A stretch of DNA of 63,458 nucleotides, filler included, from Octopus bimaculoides (lineage: Eukaryota), in the NCBI RefSeq assembly GCF_001194135.2. It is 10 parts of 10 records of this genome, joined end to end, with 100 filler letters (N's around TTAATTAATTAA, not from the genome) between each part and the next. Parts side by side here need not be neighbours in the genome. Positions count along the whole stretch, not along the records: positions 22,021 to 41,226 come from NC_068989.1; 9 more parts are not named here. One strand, 5' to 3'. The notes beneath the pieces are model-generated. The model was not told where the DNA came from and did no database searches. It worked only from the letters and a program-made list of their open reading frames with translations. Positions 23,096-37,249 of this stretch are shown in pieces. The position numbers and the translations under genes were made by a program. How positions within the stretch are numbered: the stretch's first letter is position 1; the number at the start of each line of letters is the position of its first letter.

Positions 23096-25299
23096 GTATA
23101 TGTCCATATTTGTGCGTTCATGCATCTGCGTTTATGTATGTATGTATGTATGTATGTATGTATGTATGTATGTATGTGTATAGAGTTCTATACAATTGAG
23201 TTCCCATCTCTTTCGCTATCACCATTGTGGACAGGTAGTGGAAATAACAGCAATTACATCCTATTTAAGGGGGAACAAGAATAGTTACTGTCATTATTTC
23301 ACACACACACAACACACATAACACACGCACACAAACGCACACACACACACACACTCAGGCGTGCAGCCACGCACACAAACACAAAAATACACTTCCGCAC
23401 GCACACATATTGCATGGGTATACACAAGCCAAAATCCTCAAGTTCCATTTCATTCAAAAATTTCTTTGCTGAAATGTTCTCGAGTATCGTTTTGAATGTT
23501 ATTTGCTACCACCATTGCCGTTTATTTTATATTTTTATCCATATCTCTTTAAATACACAAATTTCTGTTGGAATTCGAAATATCAACGGCTTCATTTCAA
23601 CAAGTGACATTCAATCTAACTAAGCGACATTCAATAATTTTTTTTTCTTTTTATCAATGAACAAAGTCCAATAGCCAAGTTCATATTTTTTTCTTCACAT
23701 TACGTCTTTTGGATTTTCGTTTTGTTTACTATTTCTCCACCCAACTCTCGGTATTATTTATTTTGCAATCGTGTTTTATTGAATATTGTTTATATTACTA
23801 TATTTATTTACAACTCTGCACGTTATGAGTTCAAAATGCACTGATATCAGTTTTACCTTTTAACTATTTGTGAACGGTAAAATAAATTTATATCTTAGGG
23901 TCGATATCATCAGCTGTGACTTGGCCTCCCATGCGCTTGCAACTCCTTGATGGTTTCATAAGGCTACTGTCATAACATATTGCGTGTCCGAGATATTTTA
24001 TAAAACCAAATGGAGCCCATTTCTTTCCAGATCTGAACAGGTTCTTTTTGTTCCAGAAAGATGGAGACACGCAGACAGAATGAAAAAAGATTGATATTAA
24101 GAATCGGTCCCTGTACAAGACAGGTAATTTTTTATCTGTACCCAAAGGATAAAATGTGAAGTTGATCTGGATGAGATCTGAGATCAGAAATCTTGACCAT
24201 TTATCGCAAAGTGATCTATCCCACGTCTTAACGACTCTGTTAATTGACCGTCTATTTATAAATTATACCCAGACCAAAATCTGAGGCGTTGCGCGTTTGT
24301 AAGAAATCAGTTTTGATATTTTAGCACAAGCTTTTTGTAGCTCGTCTCTAATGAGACTGCAATTTTGGATTAAACTTTGACCAAAATTTGGAATTTGAGA
24401 TCTTCAATATTGCCAGATTTTCACAGTCTACTTCCAGTCAGGCAGTGTCGCCAGTTGAAAATGAACATTCGCATTTTATATGGATTAGTGACAGACAAGT
24501 CGTTCAAAATGAACTCCAGGGCATTGTTGGTGACCAACTAAACTGTAATCTGAATTACTTTTAGTCTATGGAAAATGGACAGCTTCCAGATATTCTTGAC
24601 TATGCAGTACCGAAAGTCATCTGGCACTAACGGCTTAAGATAAACCTCACAGGGACTGTAGCGGCGTCACTCAGCCTACAAAACACCATAGCACCAGTTG
24701 AGTGAAACTTCAACTCACCCGGGCACACCAGTTCCCATTTCACAGTCTGTAGTGTTATTTCAAATCACAGATTCTCTACTTTTCGCTGACTAAAAGAATA
24801 GTTGCTCATCTTCCACGGTTGCTCCACGCCTCGGGTTTGAATAGCGCCCTACCTCACCGCATTCCATTCTCTCATATTCAACACCCTTCTCACAGACCAC
24901 GTACTCTATTCTAAGCATCTATGCTTTCTCAGAGATTGAACATACTGAAGTGGCATATAGACATAACTATTCAATACACGAGCACAAATACAAACACACC
25001 TATACACAAACCACCTCATTTGAAACCTATATAAAACGCTACCAACCTATCATGGTTTTCTCCACAACTTCACGTAATCAAATGAACGTTTTAGAGGAAC
25101 GTATGGCGATAAAACATCAGGTTGCCAAAATCTGTCAACCAAAACTTCACTTCTCTAGACCACTGATACCTGCATCTAGCAGTTTTCTGACAACATACAA
25201 GGTGCTCTGTTAGGTATCGAGTACTACCTTCCACACGCTCATAATCGCCCACACTGAATTCTCATAAACTCATACATACATTCGAACTCAACCTTTCTT

Positions 25300-25357
<58 letters not shown>

Positions 25358-27024
25358 GGGGGGGGGGGAGCTGTGTACACACAAATAAATATATATGCTG
25401 AATGTATATGTTGATAGGGTTGCGTGCTCATGTACGCTTCTCTCCTTATTCTTTTTCTTTTTTCTTTATATAGTTTTTGTCACATACATTTAAAGCACTA
25501 TTCATATGCAAATATAATCGTATCCATGGGGACACATACACATACATACAACACTGCCATCCGTAAGATGTCATATACATAAACATGCATAATTAAGTAC
25601 GTATATGTTCGGTTATATTTTCACATATCACACACTTTTTTGCCTTCCAATTCTCTATTCATATACAAACCAGTTTTCTATATTATGTACATATCCATTG
25701 CTTCTATCTTTAAAAGTTCAGTTCGATTGCATAATCAGCATAAACGGCAAAGTGTGAGTAGCCAAAAAAAAAAAAGAAGTGCGCAGTGTAAGGTCATGGC
25801 TAGATGCTTGTGCTCTGATTTCTGTAATGAGTAATTTTTTTTCTCTTATATTCTATGTTCGAATATTGCCAAAGCCGACTTTATTCATCCGGGGTCATTT
25901 GAAGAAATATCTGTGAACTACTGAAACCGATTTAATCCATTTCACCTATGTCAAAATATAAGGCTGTGACCTTCTTGTTTCTTCATATAAATAAATTACC
26001 TATGTATAGTGAGAATGTCCACCGTAAAACTGGTAAAACACCGCCCAAAATACTTTCCAGTGTATAGTTATTCGCCTATACATTACGAGTTCTAATCCAA
26101 CTGTGATCGACTTTATATTACATTCTTCGGTGTTAACTACTGTACAAAATATAATATAAGAAATGCATTTTCCTACTGGATCTGTATTAGTGGCTTTCTT
26201 CCGTTCAGGATCGATAAAATAGATAAATATTTACAGGGGTAGATTACATCAAAGATATCCTCCTACGCAAATTTGTGTCTTTTATTAGTATGCATAAAAC
26301 TTACATTCATTTACATAGTACTCATCCTTAGTTCAACTACTTACAACCGAGAAAAATATGCAGTATATAGGAAATATAAACGGAAAAAAGAATGTTGAAT
26401 CTACTTATATATTCACACCACAAGAAATTTAAAACAAAACGAAACTGGAGAAGATTACACGCAAGATACTGTCAGGTAATCAAAGCTTCTGTAGAAATTG
26501 TAACAAACTTATAAAGAGCAGTTTGTAATAGCTATTGTAACAGGTAAGATTCTGATAGCTGTTCTCTTTTCCATCAACCAACGTACTTTTGATGCTTTCA
26601 CTATCGAATAAACACTGTGAATTTTAAATCATTTGCTGAGAAGTAGAGACCTTTTCGTTTTTGTTTCTTTTAGTATCTGAGAGTGTTTATTACAGCCTAT
26701 AATTCCAATGCACTGCCAACAGAAAAAAAAAAAGTAGTGAGTGTTGATTCGAAGTAGAAATAGACAATGATTGCGAACAAGTGTTATGCGTGTTTAGATG
26801 GTTAACGCAAATAATTTGCTATACAGAACTCTAGAATCCCAATTTTCAACAAGAGGAAAGTCGAATATTCCTAAATAACAGGTATAATCTTTTTTTTTTT
26901 TTTTTACTTTTTTTCTTTGTCTGAAAATACTCGAACAGTAATATGCAGACACATGCAGCTATTTATGACATATACGCACACTCTCTCGATCACACACACA
27001 CACAAACACACACACACAAATACA

Positions 27025-27077
<53 letters not shown>

Positions 27078-27949
27078 ACAGACACACACACACACACATA
27101 TACATACAAGTACATGCATACAAACAAATACACATACATCCTTTGTTTGAACGACGCAACTCAAAGCGGTTAAAGCAGATGTTGGTCTAAAGCAATTCTC
27201 ACAATTTTTGTATTCATTCTAGAAACTTTATTCTTACTTGCGAGTACTGTAACGTTATTGATGTCATAAGGATATCGATGAAACTCGAAGTAGATAAAGC
27301 TATAAATAATAGCGCATAATTATTGTGCTAAAATCTCTTCGGGAAAATGTCGCAGGCTGTCCCTGTGACTCGGAACCTACATTTATAAACAAGACAAGTG
27401 TTCTGCCATTGGAACAAAGTAATTTCTCCATTAATGTTAGAAAATTTATTATATATAGCTATATCTGGCTCGAGTTTCAGCTTTCTCCGAACGAATTATT
27501 TCACGTCTCTCGGAGTTTCTGAATGTCTATGGCGTCAATTACATACTATTTTTGCTGGGAAAACAAATAGGGAAATTTGAAGGATCACTTCGGTCCAGTC
27601 TCCTTGATGGAACGTCAGTGTCTCAGACGTTATTTCCATTAAGAGATTGCATCTCAGGGTATAAAGATAAAAGCATATTAATTTCTTGAACAAATGAGTC
27701 TATTTACACTCTACTATTTCACGGTATATATTTACTTCTATTTGGAATATGTCTTGAAATCTAAGTGCTTGTGTCATAGAGCGTTGTGTACGGATCAATA
27801 ATCTTTGTATCGGTAGCTGATATCTTCTTCATTCATATAAGTATATCAAAATTGTAAATATAACAGAACTGAAATCTGCAGGCGCAATCCGCAACATCAT
27901 CTACAAGAGCTACCGTACAACTTTTTTGATCGAAGCGCCGTTCAGCAGA

Positions 27950-29600
27950 GGTTGGAGAGGTAGGGGCATGTGTGGCATCGTGGATGGGAGCAGGAGAACG
28001 AGCCAGGTTAGGAAGTGGGGTTAGGGAAGAAATTGTGGATCAAGAGGTCAGTAGGTTGTAGACTCGTTTGAAGGAGGGAAGAGGTAGGTTGGGGAAGATG
28101 TGCGAGGTGGAGGGATCGGACTGGAGTCACCGGAAGGCTCGGAGAATGGTGATTTGGAGAGGCAGAGTGAAGGGGTGGTAGATGAGGGGAAACGGGAGTC
28201 GGTCAAGGGCAAGGTGGATGCGGGGAGAGAGAGGGCAGAGGCACGGCCTACGGAAGTGCTCTGGCAAGAGCTGTGTAGATAGTGATGAGAGGATTTCCAC
28301 GAAGGATGTAGTGGCGAACCATGAGTTGAGACTGAGTCTCAAAGTCATGATTGTCACTACAGAGCCTGCGCAGACGGAGGAACTTGGAGTAGGGGATGAA
28401 GAGCTTGGTGTAGGTACGGTGGGTGGAGGAGAAGTTAAGGTATGAGTGTGAGTCGGTGGGTTTGTAGTGGATGGAGCTTGTGAGGGTGGAATGATGTATG
28501 TTGCCCGAAATGTCGAGAAATGCGACGGAAGTGTTAGAAATAGTGCAGGAGAATTCGAGGGCAGGATGGAGGGATTGAACAAAAGAGAGGAAGGAGTCTA
28601 GTTTTTCGCAGAAAAGTGAGGTCGCACCGATACAGGCATCAGTATAACGACCGTATAGTTCGGGTGTGGGAGAAGTGAATCGTGAAACTATTTGGGCCTC
28701 AACGTAGCCAACGAACAGATTCGCATAGCTCGGGCCCATTCTCGTTCCCATGGTTACTCCCGAGAAATGTTGGTAAGACTCTCCCCGCGAACGAGAAGTA
28801 GTTGAGGGAGAGAACGAGTTCGGCCAGACGAAGAATTGTGGAGGTGTTAGGTTGGGGGTTGGGTCGAAGGTCCAGAAAGTGTTTCAGTAAAGAGAAGTTT
28901 AGAAGGGTCAGAAGGGTCAGAAGGGAAGGAGAAAGCGTTGAAGAGACGGAGAGCATGGTTAGGGTCATGCATGTGGGAGGGGAGAGAAGCCACTAGGGGG
29001 CAAGGACATGGACGAGGTATTTTGAGATCAATTCTGTGGGGCAGTTACAGGCGGAGACGATGGGGTGGCCAGGATATTGGGCTTGTGGATTTGGAGATGG
29101 AAATAAATGATGGAGGTGCGTGGAGTGCGGACAATGAGGTTGGAGGCGGTGGGAGGAAGACGGGAGGAGAAAATGAGGTCATAGATAGTGGAGAACACAC
29201 TCTGTTGGTAGTTAGGTGTGGGATTGGAAGGCAGAGGGCAATAGAAGGTGTCTTGAAGTTGGCTGAGAGCTTCAACCTCGTAGAGGTCTGCGCACCACAC
29301 CACCACGGCTCCACCTTTGTCAGACGATTTTATGCTGATGCCTTTGCGGCGTCGGAGACAATGAAGGGCCGAGAGTTCGGCCGGGGAGATGTTAATATGT
29401 TAGGGACGCCTACGAAAGTTAAACTGGTCCACAACAGGTTCGCAGATGCTTGCAAAATGATCGATAGCTTAGAACTGGCCAAGAGCTGGCGTCCAGTGGG
29501 ATGGTGGACGGCCCGGGTCGGTGAAGCAGTCGTCTTCCTTAGATGCAGGTGGAGTGTTGTGGAATAGTGCATATAACCTGTTGCGGCGCACAAAGCTTTG
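27950..29600 (-). mobile_element. Penelope-like retroelement (Neptune-type) RT pseudogene
   Basis: DKGG.VVVWCADLY, YFHLQIHKP, MGTRMGPSYANLFVGYVE, YGRYTDACIG (decayed YxDD), YKPTDSHSYL and the PGSFSCSHPRCHTCP Cys knuckle. Multiple frameshifts; the GIY-YIG region is not evident. Confidence 0.9.
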
Positions 29601-31684
29601 AATATCAGCACGGGTCTGAAATTCGTTTCTGGATAGAGCGATGTGAATGATATATAATAATAAAAGGGATTTAAAAAATCAAACAGATCTCATATTCAGT
29701 TCTCAGCCAATTGTCTAGCTAACAAGAACGACCATAATAAAGGTTAGGGTAAACCTTTGCATCGTTCTGAAAAAGAAATCTATTTTCTCACACCACTTTT
29801 CTCATCTGTTATATTTGAGGTTTAGTGGCAACTCGCAAAAGAGTACAGTGTAGTAACTTGTACTTCGCTTATTGATAAAAGAAATTTTGGCTCACAACCG
29901 AATGGTAGTGGATTGGATTCTCTGACTGGAAATCACGCTCTGCAAGATAATTCATATCACGTTGCTACAGGCTGCAGAAAATGAATATCAGTCCAGTGCT
30001 GGTACTCTTTTCTTCCAATCGTCACATCCTTGATATCTGTTGGATCAATGATAAGAGAGCCAAAATGGCGTTAGTTTCTGCTTAATATGACATAAGCAGT
30101 TCCAAGAGTTAGTTAAAGCATGTGAGATGCGTTCTCATATTTGACAACTATACTAGCTATTTTAGCATATGTGTATGTTCATGCTTACTACATATTTTGT
30201 ATGCAACGTATGTTTTACTTGGGTGACTTTACAGTCTATATCTTATTTGAGTCTCTATGATAAGTGCCCTTCTAAGCTATTTTATTTACATTATTTACAC
30301 CAGTATCACCACATACCTCTATTACTACACTGTACTGATCCTTTCTACATCTTCCAACGTAAAATGAATTTTCTTCGCTGTGAAGGTTAAGCCGAAGCAT
30401 GCCCATCATTTTGTTAGCACCATCTGGTTTTAAAGATAAAATCCATTCCAATCTGCATCGTCTTTTCTTTTCAAAAGTTTTGATTAGGCGATCATATTTG
30501 AGTTACTCTTCTTGCGTGTTCTTTTTAGATTTTGGACACTCCTACAGGAATGCTTGGCTACTTATTGCATGGCTGATCTCCATTAATCGAATCTTTTCAA
30601 TTCACAACATTACATATATGAGACTCATAGCGAATGAAATGATTGTTCAGCTGAATATTGGCATCACTTTGAAAAAATATTGCATGTGACGCTACTTTGA
30701 AAAGTTTTATGTAACTAAACACGTATTTTTTCTATTGTCTAGTCTGCTTACATTTTTAAATATTTTCTTTAAAATATTGTATTCAAACTGGTTATGGATG
30801 AGAATGATGGTAATGTTGGTGTTTATTTATTTGATGAATTTTTTTTCTATACATTTATCTGGAGTTTTTTTGCGTGTTTTGTTCAGCCAATTTAATGCTA
30901 GAATTTTAGATTTAATTCTTCAGTGAAGTGAAAGTATTTGTTAGATTACGCGTTAGATTGAATAAAATCACTAACCTTTTTTAAAGTTTTTTCGTTAATG
31001 TTGTTTTGTTTTAGATATAGCTGATTCGTAATGTTTTTCTTATCAATGTTGTTTTACCTTTAATATAGCTTTTGTTGAAAATTTATAATAAAAATATTCT
31101 ATCGTCATTTCATTTTGTTCGGCCGATCAAGGGAAAAATCTACTTTAAACAAGAGAGTTTTAAATAAAATGATAAAGAATACAATAAAAAAAAAACACGA
31201 CGAAATGTTTCAGAATAGAAGTTAAGACTGTAAAAAAATTATATTTTTAGACTAAAATCATATCGATAGAATAAAAATAGACTTTTTTTTGAGTACTTGA
31301 AAATAACAAAAAATATAATAGAACACTTTTTAATGATGGAAAGGAAATATAATTTTCTCGGTGTTTTAGTGATTAAAGAATAAACATCAAATTCTTGTTA
31401 TATGTGATATTACTGCTTGGGTAAACATTTCAATGGATTTAGTCAATTGAATGATCAGGTACAGTTTATGGTTCTTACGCCTAGAAAGTGCGAAGCGTAA
31501 TTATGATCAGGAACTGTTTTCGGTTCCTACTACGTTCTTCGTCATACATCAATTGACGGGACTATTTATTGTATAACATAAGTGTAAATTACAAGCATAC
31601 AAACATTTTCCATAAAGACACATACAAGCACACGTATAAAGGCACAAATGTATATATGTATGTATGTATGAATGTATGTATGTA

Positions 31685-32541
31685 CAGAGTGCGATGAATA
31701 AATTGTCGTCTAAAATGAAAATAACATTGACATCTCATTTTAACAACAGATATATTTACCAAAATTTCATAAAATTATCTTGAAACACTAAAGAGTAAAT
31801 TTATTCAATAAAATCGCCACTGTCTTCAACCACGGCCTCCAGTAGACTTCGGAATCTCTTGCAACTCTTCTGGACGGTTTCCTTCTTTAAGTTGGTGAAT
31901 ACTGCCATAAACTTTGCCTTCAGTTCATCTTTGGTGTTACATGGAGTTTTATTGGTCACTCGTTCAACTGCGCCCCACATAAAATAATCAAAGGGGTTGC
32001 AGTCTGGGGAGTTAGGTGGCCAGATGTTAGGGGTGATGTGGTCGCAGAAATTGTCTGACAACCATGATTGGGTTCCCCTGCTTGTGTGAAATGGTGCAGA
32101 GTCCTGTTGCCAGGCATAGGGTGTTCCAACAGCCACTCTCGTGACCCAGGCACTTGTAGGCCTCCGTGTTGAGTGTGAGGTCGTGTTGGAAGATGAATGG
32201 AGGCATAACGTCACCATCACTATTGATCACTTCAGACACCACAATTTTGACCTGATGTTTGCGTATTATTACTCTCAATACATGTCTTCAGATTGCACTG
32301 TCCTCATATTCGCACCCGAACACTTTAAACTGTTCGTATTGGAGTTTCCGGCGCGAATGCCAAGCACCACAGCATGTCATTTCCAAACTTCTGGCAGACT
32401 TGTGTCATTGCGCTGTTTTCCTTACAGACGGTGCCCAACTGACCCTACTATACTGTGTAGTCGACAAAATCAAAAACAAATAATGTGCATGAGCGAAATT
32501 AAAAATATAAAATGGTAACAATTTACTATTCGTACCTTGTG
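31685..32541 (-). mobile_element. Tc1/mariner superfamily DD37D (maT/mori-type) transposon, internally deleted
   Basis: WQQDSAP..WPPNSPDCNPFD has 37 residues between the 2nd and 3rd catalytic Asp. Imperfect TIRs CAGAGTGCGATGAATAAATTGT / CAAGGTACGAATAGTAAATTGT; TA flanks. Confidence 0.8.
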
Positions 32542-34920
32542 TATATATATATATATNNNNNNNNNNNNNNNNNNNNNNNNNNNNNNNNNNNNNNNNNNNN
32601 NNNNNNNNNNNNNNNNNNNNNNNNNNNNNNNNNNNNNNNNNNNNNNNNNNNNNNNNNNNNNNNNNNNNNNNNNNNNNNNNNNNNNNNNNNNNNNNNNNNN
32701 NNNNNNNNNNNNNNNNNNNNNNNNNNNNNNNNNNNNNNNNNNNNNNNNNNNNNNNNNNNNNNNNNNNNNNNNNNNNNNNNNNNNNNNNNNNNNNNNNNNN
32801 NNNNNNNNNNNNNNNNNNNNNNNNNNNNNNNNNNNNNNNNNNNNNNNNNNNNNNNNNNNNNNNNNNNNNNNNNNNNNNNNNNNNNNNNNNNNNNNNNNNN
32901 NNNNNNNNNNNNNNNNNNNNNNNNNNNNNNNNNNNNNNNNNNNNNNNNNNNNNNNNNNNNNNNGCATCTTATAGCAGAAACATCTGTAAGCTAAAGAAGT
33001 TCATGGCATAATTTCTTATTCTTTCATCATTTATCTAATTTCTTATTACTGTTCTTGCTCGACTCACGCTTTATTCTGAAGCACATGTATATTGAGTTCT
33101 AAAGCCAGCTTATTTGTAACGCTATGCCTAAGCGAAGTAATTATAATAATTATGTGTGTGTATGTGTGTGTGTGTGCGTGTGCGTGTGTGTGTGTGTGCG
33201 TGTGCGTGTGTGTGCGCGCACGTATATGTGTGCGTGTGTGTATGCGTGTTTGTGTATGGGCATACTTATATCAATAGTGTCAACTAAATAATGATACAAA
33301 CCGGAAAAAAGAAGACAAATCTATGCATGCATCATAGATTCGTATTTTTCCAACGTTCGTGTATCTACTTCAATAAAATATATTGATGTCACACAAGTCA
33401 TGGATCCTCAAAAATAAATTATATAAATTTTCCTCTCGAGATTCTTATAGCGACATAACTTGAAAAAAGTCAAGAAATATAATTTAGTTTGTAATATACT
33501 TCAACCTTGTATCCGCTCGTATATATTTTGTCCTCAGATGAATATCACATGATAAAGTTTCCTGCGTATATTTGACTCTTAAAAGTAAATCAGAATAGAC
33601 TTTCTATTTTTGTTTAATTGCTTAGCTTAGATTCATTGATCAGCAACGGATTATCAAATACAACAGTTTCCAACATTCTATAGCCGGTGAAACTTCCATT
33701 CCTGCAAATGAGATACTCTCAACACAGAGAAATCAAGTTAATTCAATGAAGCTGAAATGTTTAAATACCACAATTGATAAAAGATATAAAAATATAACTC
33801 CTAGCAAGAAACAACCAACGCTAACAACATTTTCTTTTTCATGGCTGGATTAGGTACTCCTATTTTCGTTCTGGCAATTTTGTTTTTAATAAATTCAATG
33901 CAGCTTAAGTATATAAAATATAAAACAAAAATAAAAATAATAGTGTCATTAGAAACAAAAATGAATTAGCATGTTTTTTTCTATTTGTGCATGCAAAATG
34001 TTAAGTAGAAATTTTATAGAACTTTTAATTGTTATTACATGGTATAGCTTACGCATTTCAAACACACAAATTCATTAAATTGCTCCAAAATTCATACTCT
34101 TAATTATTTTCAACATCGATATCATTCAGGATGAATGATATCGTAAGGATAATCTTTATATTCTCTGTCCTTACTTGAAGGCATATCATCCACTTCTCTT
34201 CCATACTGTCGCATAGATAATCGCTTTCTATAACATCTAATGCATTCAAAATATCAACATTTCTTAAACGATTTTGATTACAATATCGGGCTTTATTTCC
34301 TTCTATGAATTAACGATCTATTCACTGATCAGAGATAATGATGAAGCTCACCTACTGTGTAAGTTTTTTCTCCGTCACGCATACAATTATTCCACCGCAT
34401 TCTCGACGTGTTCTTTAATTATTTATTGATATTTACATCTAATAATTGCAAAACACCTGTAAGTCCATCGGAAATTACCGCTACGTCATGGTTTGTGATC
34501 GGAGGTTATCAAAGATAACCTCACTAGATGTGTTCCAAACTGATCTTTTATCCGTAACACTCCTATTATGGAAACATAATCTCCCGTCTCCTCCCACTTG
34601 TTCACCCATCTATTAACTTTGATTCTGGTTCTGTGTGTGAGAGTCATAAACTACTAATGTGATTGTCAATTTGTTTAATTTTGAATCACGATAATTCTGC
34701 ATAAAATAATTATCTCAAATGCATTGTTTGTATTATCTGTAACAAGAATATCTATATAATTTTTATTTATCCTTTCAGTATACACACAACAAAAATTATA
34801 ACACAGCGACCATAAAAGCGTTTCATCCATACCTATTCTGTTAACACACACACACATACGCACACACGTACATAAGTATACACACATAGTGTATACATAC
34901 ATACATACATAATTATATAA

Positions 34921-34961
<41 letters not shown>

Positions 34962-36804
34962 TGAATGTATATTGACATTTACACTGTTACCTTTCAATAG
35001 GTGGTCCCCTTAATGACTAACTATTGAAATTGTTCAGTACTTGGGCATTATATCGTTCCCTCTATTTCGTGAAAACCTTCAGCCATTGCATTCTTGAACT
35101 GTTCCCATAATTTGCGAATTACAATTGGTAATTAGATAATTATTGAAAATGATTGAAATTCTCTTCTTATAATATGCGCTAATTAAATGCGATCATGTCG
35201 GCATGTTTGCATGGATATATATGCGTGTGAGTGTGTGTGTGTGTGCGTGTGTGTGTTTCTGATTTTGTTTATGACTCTATATTTGTATTCTTGTATATAT
35301 GCGTATCATATTGTATGTCGATTTATCAGACACATCAACCTTGTATGAACATTTACAAGTATATACCTGCAGACTTATGTACATACGTACATGGATAAAT
35401 ACGTAAACTTTGATGCACAGACATATATGCAGAAAATCTGTGTGTTATGCAGACAAGCCTATGGATACAATATATTAGCACGAGTATGTGTAAATGCATA
35501 GATATTTATGGTTATATGTACATAAATATGCGTGTTTGTACACGCATAGATATACATGTATATCTATGTGTATGGAACGCACATTGCTACAGACACTTTT
35601 GTCTCTTTCTGTCCCCAGTCATCTGTCTATCCCTAACATTCGTATTTTTTTCATATACATACATAAAAACAAAACCATACACTTATGTATGTATATATGT
35701 ATGTATGTATTTATGTATGTATGTATGTATGTATGTATGTATGTATGTATGTATGTATATATATGTATATATATATATTGTACTCTTCACAGTATCTTTC
35801 CAATTTTTTTTTCAATTTTTCTATCGTCTCCATTTGTACTTTCCATTTCATTGTATTTTGTTGTATGAATTTTGTGCATNNNNNNNNNNNNNNNNNNNNN
35901 NNNNNNNNNNNNNNNNNNNNNNNNNNNNNNNNNNNNNNNNNNNNNNNNNNNNNNNNNNNNNNNNNNNNNNNNNNNNNNNNNNNNNNNNNNNNNNNNNNNN
36001 NNNNNNNNNNNNNNNNNNNNNNNNNNNNNNNNNNNNNNNNNNNNNNNNNNNNNNNNNNNNNNNNNNNNNNNNNNNNNNNNNNNNNNNNNNNNNNNNNNNN
36101 NNNNNNNNNNNNNNNNNNNNNNNNNNNNNNNNNNNNNNNNNNNNNNNNNNNNNNNNNNNNNNNNNNNNNNNNNNNNNNNNNNNNNNNNNNNNNNNNNNNN
36201 NNNNNNNNNNNNNNNNNNNNNNNNNNNNNNNNNNNNNNNNNNNNNNNNNNNNNNNNNNNNNNNNNNNNNNNNNNNNNNNNNNNNNNNNNNNNNNNNNNNN
36301 NNNNNNNNNNNNNNNNNNNNNNNNNNNNNNNNNNNNNNNNNNNNNNNNNNNNNNNNNNNNNNNNNNNNNNNNNNNNNNNNNNNNNNNNNNNNNNNNNNNN
36401 NNNNNNNNNNNNNNNNNNNNNNNNNNNNNNNNNNNNNNNNNNNNNNNNNNNNNNNNNNNNNNNNNNNNNNNNNNNNNNNNNNNNNNNNNNNNNNNNNNNN
36501 NNNNNNNNNNNNNNNNNNNNNNNNNNNNNNNNNNNNNNNNNNNNNNNNNNNNNNNNNNNNNNNNNNNNNNNNNNNNNNNNNNNNNNNNNNNNNNNNNNNN
36601 NNNNNNNNNNNNNNNNNNNNNNNNNNNNNNNNNNNNNNNNNNNNNNNNNNNNNNNNNNNNNNNNNNNNNNNNNNNNNNNNNNNNNNNNNNNNNNNNNNNN
36701 NNNNNNNNNNNNNNNNNNNNNNNNNNNNNNNNNNNNNNNNNNNNNNNNNNNNNNNNNNNNNNNNNNNNNNNNNNNNNNNNNNNNNNNNNNNNNNNNNNNN
36801 NNNN

Positions 36805-36847
<43 letters not shown>

Positions 36848-36996
36848 AAGGAATGTTTCAGGAGAGTTTCACCATTGCCTTATTAACATCAGGTACCCGA
36901 ACCGAATCAGAGGTGAACCATGTCGCCAATCCACGACTTATACGCATATAATGTGAAAACTATGAGCTGGTATGCCTGGACAATGCATATACACGC

Positions 36997-37240
36997 ATCT
37001 ACTGCATCTCCTGCTCTGTGCCCTTCTCTATACATCGGGCAAACGGGACCATCACTACTTTATTATCTCCCCTTCTTCCTAGCTCTCCTGTGTGACTGCT
37101 CTGTCCGGCATTCGCCATGATAGATCGTTAGCCACTACACATTCTTTANNNNNNNNNNCGCCATGATAGATCGTTAGCCACTACACATTCTTTATTTTCT
37201 CTCCTTGTTTCTTTCTGTGTTCCTTTCTGGTGTACAGCGC
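36997..37240 (+). mobile_element. PLE GIY-YIG fragment plus truncated terminal repeat
   Basis: IYCISCS/LCPSLYIGQTG (one frameshift). The following non-coding sequence breaks at ctttctg, where Gypsy sequence starts. Confidence 0.65.
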
Positions 37241-37249
37241 TGGCTTGGG

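Noticed and set aside
33841-33910. Signal-peptide-like MAGLGTPIFVLAILFLINSMQL
   Set aside because: Hydrophobic runs arise readily in T-rich DNA; the donor is weak and its phase does not fit the 51609 exon.
34175-34302. Possible 128-nt minus-strand exon (GNKARYCNQNRLRNVDILNALDV..) with gtaagg donor
   Set aside because: Weak acceptor and no recognisable product.
37108-37199. Apparent direct repeats across 10-N gaps (also 62814-62950)
   Set aside because: Identical sequence on both sides of a minimal gap indicates unmerged contig overlap.
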